DNA of 56,754 nt, filler included, from Sphacelaria rigidula (Eukaryota), in assembly GCA_964200075.2 (NCBI GenBank). It is 5 parts of 5 records of this genome, joined end to end, with 100 filler letters (N's around TTAATTAATTAA, not from the genome) between each part and the next. Parts side by side here need not be neighbours in the genome. Positions count along the whole stretch, not along the records: positions 45,485 to 56,754 come from CAXNAA020005139.1; 4 more parts are not named here. The stretch is one strand, 5' to 3'. This document shows positions 50,201 through 56,754 of the stretch, in pieces (position 1 is the first letter of the stretch; each line of letters begins with the position of its first letter). Below the pieces are notes generated by a model, which had not been told where the DNA came from, searched no databases, and worked only from the letters and a program-made list of their open reading frames with translations. The position numbers were made by a program, and so were the translations under genes.

Positions 50201-53198
50201 GGACTCTCAGCAAGTGGTGGCTACGTCGAAAGAACCCAGAACCAGCACGCTCCATAGGATAGTTACCACGTACGAAACGGGCTCACAAGCGCGGGTAGTA
50301 CGAAAACGCCCTACTAAAGAATGTGTTACGCTATCTCCCCTTGCCTTTCAACCATGACGGGCGCGCGCGGGTCTCCCAGCAACGGCGGTGTCGATTGCTG
50401 ATTTAGGAACACGCGAAGAAGAAGATTGGATGGTGAGCAACAGAGTGAATGATGGGCGCTTTAGCTTTTTTCATGGACCAGATATCTAGGAGAACGACAG
50501 GTGCGAGACAATGTGCAAAACCTTGTGTCCACGCCAGTAACGCCAGGAAACGCGTGACGCAACCATCACAATCCTAACCGCAACCTCGTCACTCACCATA
50601 CTCGCAAGAAGCATCGGCTTCGAAGGTGCCTCCGCGGCAATGGCAAAGTTCTTCTCGATCATTTCATCAAGCCCGCTAACCCGACCGCTGCCAGCTGTCG
50701 TTGACATCCCCACATTCCCCTCCCCATTGCTTGCCATCCAACTGATACCCGCATCGTTAACTCCAGCGGTGACACCGTTGCCCATACCTGCCACGGACAT
50801 CCCACTAGGAATCGAAGTTGGCGACCGCGAAACCTGCTCCGACCCAACGCCGCCTACCGACGCTTCACTCGCAGGAGCTCCCTCAAAGTCCCCCATTTCA
50901 TCATCATCGACCTCCTCAGTATTCGAGGCGACGACTGCAGACGCAGGGGCGATCTCCATGGAATCCTGGGCTCCAGGCTGTGTTTGAGGTGGCGCTGCCA
51001 GTGTTGAATCCTCCGCCGCCGTAAAATCTCCAAAATCGTCCTCATCATCCTGATCTTCCAACGCCACCTGCGGCACGCTGCTCGAAGAGACATCCCCTCT
51101 GCTGCCTCCGCCGCCAGGTTCCAAGGAAAATCCGTTAGCAGCCCCGCCGGTACCGGTCGTTTCGCCTGCGCCATTGGATGAAGCCACCAGATTTGGGAGC
51201 ACCTTCGCCGGTACTTGGAAAGAAGTGGCAGTCGTTGGTAGAGGCGGCGACCCTACCAGCATACATATCGGCGGCTGTGCCGGCGGCGGCGCTGACCATG
51301 CTCCTCTATTTACCGACAGCTCATCAGTCGTGTTTACCATCTTCGCCGCCGACGTTTGGCGGTTGTAAGGATTTGACATAAAACCACCCGGAAACGCGCC
51401 CTCAGTGGGGGAAACGGTAGCAGCAGCCGCCGTCACTGAAACAGGGGCAGTTGATACAAACGTGGGAGATCTTGGCACGACGGCATCGGCAGATGCGGCG
51501 GCATTGGGGACAAACCCATCCATATGCGGCTGGGGCAATGGCAAGTGTCGCGTTGCTTCGAGCCCAGCGAGCGAGACGGGTTCGCTGGGTATGGCTCCGC
51601 TCCCTGCTGCTGCTGCTCCTCCTCCGCCTGCGGCAGCTCTTTTCGACGCTTGCACGAGCGCGATCAATCGCATTGCCGCGAAGAAACCCGGTCGGCGTAT
51701 GCAGCCTGTGAGTGCTGGGTCGCATAGCGACCAGATCTGCCGTCCCGTCATGAGGTACACGTAACAATGCAAAGTACGGTGTTACACGTTTTCGCAACAC
51801 GGAAACAGCAAGGTAGGTGCGCACATGGTACCGCATTGTCAGATGCAAATCGATTGATGGAGATTGTAGGATTGCTTGGCACCAAAATACTTGGCGGTAC
51901 TCTAATATTCATTGAGCAGCTGCTGCGTGAGTGGTTCTGCTAAAAAAGCAATAGAGTACTACAGCACGGAATAAAATGGAAGGGACTCATGTCAGTACCA
52001 CCGCTGGTTGTGCGTCGTTTCCGTTGCTATACTAGAGACGGCAACGCTCACTGTACTACATTGTGCTGTTGTCGCTTGTTTCTCCGTCGGACAAGGAAGT
52101 AGTCCAAAATCTCGACCACGTGTGCTATGCATAATGTCAGACAACGGGTTCGACTCCATCGTGGTGGCAGTTCTTGCGCGCCGTTCACCGCCCAAGCTTC
52201 CTGTGTGCTACTGATATGATTCTCTGATGCTATTGCTATTCTGAACTTCGACACGTAAGATCCTATCCGTTAACAATACTTGCGAATGAGCTACTCTGCA
52301 CTTGGACCCATCGTGTGTACTGCTGTTGCGACTGCGAGGTGCAACGTAGCCAGGTCTAACCTCTTGACACTCTTACATAATGCAACCCTCTCGATCTCTC
52401 TCACTTCCTCACCGATTTCAAGATGTCCTTCGGCAGCCCCGACCTCGAGAAGAACTGCACCGCTGCCCGACCGGAGACGGTGCCAGGCACTGCGCTACCC
52501 TCCGACGCGCTTGAGAACATGCTCTCGTACACGCCCAGCTGGTCGGCAGGCGGCGTCCACTGCGCGCCGCCCCCCCAGCCAGTCAACACGTGGTTGCTAT
52601 TGCTACTGCCACTACCGTTGTTACCTTGCCACTCGAGAGGCGTGCTGAGAGCAGTTTGCTTAGCTGGTGGTACCGCCATCGCTGGTGTTGGCGACGAGAC
52701 CGGCAGCGCCATTGACGTAGTACTGCGAGGTATTATATTCGCTGCTGCAGGCAATCCAAGAGTGTGACGCGGTTGTGACGGCTGTAAACTCGGACTGACA
52801 CCACTAAAGCCGCCCGTAGGTGGGTACACGCCTCCTGGCGAAGCCCCAGAAGGAGCGGCAGCGGTGATGGCGGTGGCGTCGATTTGCGAATAATGGCGAT
52901 GAGGTTTCTCCTGACTGAGCCCACCAGTGTTCACACTTATGTTGCGGTTATTCATCATCGCACTGCCTGCACTATATTGGAAAGGCACGCTGCCACTGCC
53001 GCTGCCGCCACCCCCACCTTGAAACATAGTACCACTACTGCGATTCGACTGCTGCTGCTGCTGCTGCTGCTGCTGGCCTGGAGTGATACCCCAACCTATT
53101 CTTGTCGGCTGTGCTTCATGCCATGCTTGTCCATCTTGGACAGGAGGCCCTAATTTTGTTCCTTGCTGGAGTCCCAGGCTATCGAAAGGATCTGTCAT
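47242..53198 (-). CDS. SYNRG: Synergin-gamma-like EH-domain clathrin/AP-1 accessory protein, ~1505 aa; exons 52413-53198, 50597-51736, 50345-50397, 47242-49780
   Basis: EH domain spliced across intron 1 (YESMF...VSGRAAVQFFSRSGLPKDILKS|IWSLCDPALTGCIRRPGFFAAMRLIALVQ). Gamma-ear-type motifs DDFGDF, EMGDF, EWNDF, DWGDF and one DPF. The C-terminus CAVC...IEYCGVRYFAGPVNLWVNIVGKPPPG resembles the synergin-gamma end as I recall it (CGVC...YGGHQYHASCANFWINCV..KPPG). Exon lengths sum to 4518 nt. Exon 3 and the exon-4 acceptor are inferred. Confidence 0.8.
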
Positions 53199-54469
53199 AG
53201 TATAGTGCAATGGATACACAATGTCGTGGCACCGAAGAAATTCGCAGGAACTCTTGGTCACGGGGTAGGAACGGGCGCAGTCCCGGCGACAAGCAGTCCG
53301 GCGTCCTCGTCCTGTGGACTACCTTTTTCATGGGACAATTACAGGCAGGAGAACTGTTTGACTGCTTATTCCCCCGCTGCCTTCATGCTCGCAGTAGCTA
53401 TTGTCATCACCCATTTTGTATTGCGCTCGCCGTTGGCAACTGCCTGTCAATTATCATACGAATATTACCTGGTATTCAATATTCGCCAACACACTGCTGC
53501 AGTTCAATACTTGACGACTCAAGGAAGGTTACGCTACGGGCTGCTCCCCGCCAGAAAGGTAACTCAGGATCTCTTCCGCTCAATTTCACTTCCTGTAAAG
53601 GTATGGTCATGGTGTGCACTTGTGCCTTTACCTGTCTGTGTGTGCGGTGATAGAGTTCTACATTGGCTAGGAGGCCTGTTTTTCGTTCGAATGCGTTGAA
53701 CCAACACAGCAGGTCCCGTCTGCTGCTCACGAACTTCGGAACTCAACCCCCCACCATGCCGCCCAGCAATGTCGTACTGCACAGAAATGCGTTACCGTAC
53801 TACCGTTCACGGTAAGGAACTGCAGCGAGACCTGTGCTCTCAGGCACAGATAATCCAAAACGTAGCAGCACAGACGCATCACATCTGTAGATGTTCTCCA
53901 AGGCGGATCCTGGTTATGGGTTTTGAACCAACCCTGCCCTCAGTGTGGCCCCGCGAGTCCAACATTTCGTCGACAGCGGCATGACTTGGGGGTATCCACA
54001 CGCTACATATCGTGTTGTCCACTTCCCGAGACTTTCAGCGATGTCAAAACTTCGTAACCTCTGCACAGACACAGTACAATGCGGCGAAAAACAACGCACA
54101 TAGACATGGTAGATTGGTGTTTCCACAAAGCGTCTCTCACCCTACACCCCCAGAAAACTCCACCGCCCACCTGTCCTGTGTGCTTGCTGAACGACGCCCT
54201 GCGCCCTGCCCTGACACACAACCTCAGGCGGTGGTTACCCGTCCGCGAGTCAACACACTGCACCTGCTGCTTCCACATCAAGACAGAACCATCTGTGAAG
54301 ACCGGCGAGCACGCAACACTTGAGATCATTTTGGTCCCCCAAAAGGCTGACAACCGGCTGGCGCTGCTTGTCTTGCGCTGTAGACGAGTGTACAACACAG
54401 CAGCACGTCACTGCTCCAACGCGTGACATCGCTTGAAGTACAGCAACAGGAACGGTCAGCTAGCTACGG

Positions 54470-56754
54470 ATGTCGGCGAACTCTCAGGCCGGGCGGACCC
54501 CGCCGGCGAGGGTACCTCGCCCAAGGCAGGAACCCCCCATCACAGATGGACGGGTAACATCATCGGCACGGTGGAGTTACAGCGGCAGCGGGCACCGGGG
54601 GGGGAGCGCTGGGCGAGGTTCTTATGGAAACGGAGGGCGGGGCACCTTCAGCAGGCGGGGCGGTGGCGGTAGTGGGAGCAGCAGGGGAAGGCCATCAGGC
54701 GCGCGAAACCAGCACGAATACCGCTGGTATCCGCATCAGGAGCATGACTATCATCCACAGCATGACTATCATCCACAGCATGACTATCATCAGCAACAAG
54801 TACCCGGGGAGATATCAATGCGGCGTCGTAGGAAGAGCTCGGAGCACTCATCAGCCAACAAACCTGACCCTAATACTGATCGTGGACGCAGCGGCGGCGG
54901 TGAGCAGGCGGCGGCGGCGGCGGCGGCTACTGGGCGGAGCAACCCGAGAAATGGCAAGAGGAGAGAACGCTCGGTATCCTCGTCCTCCTCGTCGTCAAGC
55001 GAAAACGGGGGTGACCAGCAACATGGTGCTTACCAGCAGCACTTTGTGCCGCCGGCCGGCGGGAGGGGCCGGGGACGAGGGACTGGAAGCGGCGGCCGGG
55101 GTGGCGGTCGAAGCCAACAACGACCACAACATCGATACCTAGACAGTGACGACCGGAGCAACAACACCATTGTCATCGCGGAGTCGGAGTCACCCGGAAC
55201 AAGCGGCGGAAAACGACCGGCGCCGGAGACATTCCATAAGGTGGGCAGCCAGAGACCTGCCGTGCGACCACGGGCGTCCGCTGATCACCAGAACAAGGAG
55301 ATGAGCGTAGGGCAAGCTCGTGGCGACGGAGATGCTGGCGCTGGTGGGGGGGGTGAAGTTAGCCGCGAGGCTGAGACTGATGAGACCGACATTTCACGCA
55401 AGGCCGAGCAGCGAAAATCCAAGAAAATTAAAAAGAAGGACGCGAAGAAGAGCGGTGATAACGAAACTAGTCGATTCCTGGCCAAAAAGCTGAAGGTGCG
55501 CAGCACATGTGCTGTTTATTTGCTCATGAAAGTAATACTCTGCTGGGGGGTTGTTGCTCTCAACGTTGTCCTACTCCACCTATTGCTCCTTTGCGTATCT
55601 GTGTATTCGTTTCATCTCGGACCGGGGGATTTACAAGCAGGGGTCTCGGGGAGGGGGATATAACGGGGGGAAGGATGGTCACGGGTAAGGGACGCACGTG
55701 TGTAGCTTGCTCTGCTCGCTGTCGCTTCCAAGCGCTTCTGAACTTCTTATGGTCCTGCACGCCAGTTGCTCGCGTTTTCGGAGAGGTCAACAGCGGCAGC
55801 CGCATATTGGCCCTTTCCCTCTGTACGTACCGATCATTCGGCTTTGGTTCTTTGTGCAGAATGATACGGCAGAGCACGTCATCCCCCACGTGCCCCGGGG
55901 CGCGGAAACATCTACGGTAGCCCTCCCTCGCGCAAACTGCCTGCCGTCGCCGGCAAAAAACACCAACCGAACCCCGCCCGTTCCCCTCCCGGTCTGTCTC
56001 TCCCGCCCCACCTCCCGCTCCATCCCCTTGGCCTCACGCGTGCTTTCTGCCCACCACACGAACAGTCACTGCAAGCGCTGCAGAAGCGCGCGAACGCGGT
56101 GAAAGCCGAAGCCGAGTCGCTCGCGAAGCAGGTCGCCCGCAATACCCTAGTGCAGCGTGATCTTGAGATCCAGATAGATGCAGCGAAGCGTACGGTGGCG
56201 CTCTATAGCAACCCTAACGCCGCGATGGCAGCAGCAGCTGCAACGCTGAACGTCGACGAAGACGACGACGACGCCGACGACGATGACGACAACAGTAGTG
56301 AGTGCGACACCCCCGCTGGGGTAACGCCTCCAGCGATCCCGGCGATGGTGCGCCAGAATAGTCGAAGTAGTAGTAGTAGCAATAGTAGTTGTAGTAAAAG
56401 GACGCAGCCGAATGCGAACTCGTCGTCCACGTCATCTTCCTCGGCTGCGCCGGCATCCGCCGCCACGGCCGTATCAACGATGGCGATCTCTGCAATGCCC
56501 CCGACAAAAGTTGGGACTTCCAGCAGCAGTTTCAGTAGAAATCAACCGGCGGTGGCGGCGGCGACGTCTGCCACGGGGGCCGTCACACCCGCTGACAACG
56601 GCACTCCGAGGCAAGTGAAAAGCCGACCGGCGCATCAAACAGCAAATCTGTCGGCGCCGGCGCCGCCCCATCCGCGGCCCGTAAACGTCAGGGTAGGCGA
56701 CGACTTTCCCGCTAGGGTGCCCAGTGACGGCGGCACGAGGCCAGCAGCGAAGGC
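54470..56754 (+). CDS. Partial gene for an RGG-rich, low-complexity, coiled-coil protein; exons 54470-55495 and 56066-(56754)
   Basis: Donor AAG|gtgcgc at 55495 joins acceptor cag| at 56066 in phase 0. The second exon is open to the window end (SLQALQKRANAVKAEAESLAKQVARN...). RGG tracts, basic KSKKIKKK, HDYHPQ repeats and an acidic run. The start codon is uncertain. Confidence 0.65.

Noticed and set aside
1..56754. Fanzor/TnpB, giant-virus insertion or intact transposase
   Set aside because: I saw no RuvC, viral core-gene or intact DDE ORF in the track. A frameshift-aware HMM search would be needed to exclude decayed relics.

Overview
Eukaryotic, repeat-rich DNA of roughly 50% GC. TTAGGG-type telomeric motifs, spliced low-complexity genes and the transposon types suggest a brown alga or related stramenopile (inference). 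The window is not contiguous: four identical 100-nt spacers (N44-TTAATTAATTAA-N44) recur every 11,371 nt and join five ~11.27-kb pieces. Piece 1 (1-11271) is mostly non-coding, with an inverted pair of telomere-repeat-containing elements and a tRNA-derived SINE. Piece 2 (11372-22642) is a nested TE cluster: a LINE interrupted by an 8-bp-TSD TIR element with 42-bp arrays and by an RT-less Copia element, followed by a DIRS/Ngaro-like relic and a 123-bp array. Piece 3 (22743-34013) holds MITEs, a SINE, a long hairpin and the 3' exons of a gene with a frame-rotating poly-T/N/Q repeat. Piece 4 (34114-45384) holds Gypsy relics, a duplicated gag-like repeat region and an RTE LINE. Piece 5 (45485-56754) holds a complete synergin-gamma-like EH-domain gene (-) and a divergent, incomplete RGG/coiled-coil gene (+). 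I found no CRISPR array, rRNA, intact transposase or RNA-guided nuclease, and I cannot support a wholly new multi-gene system.
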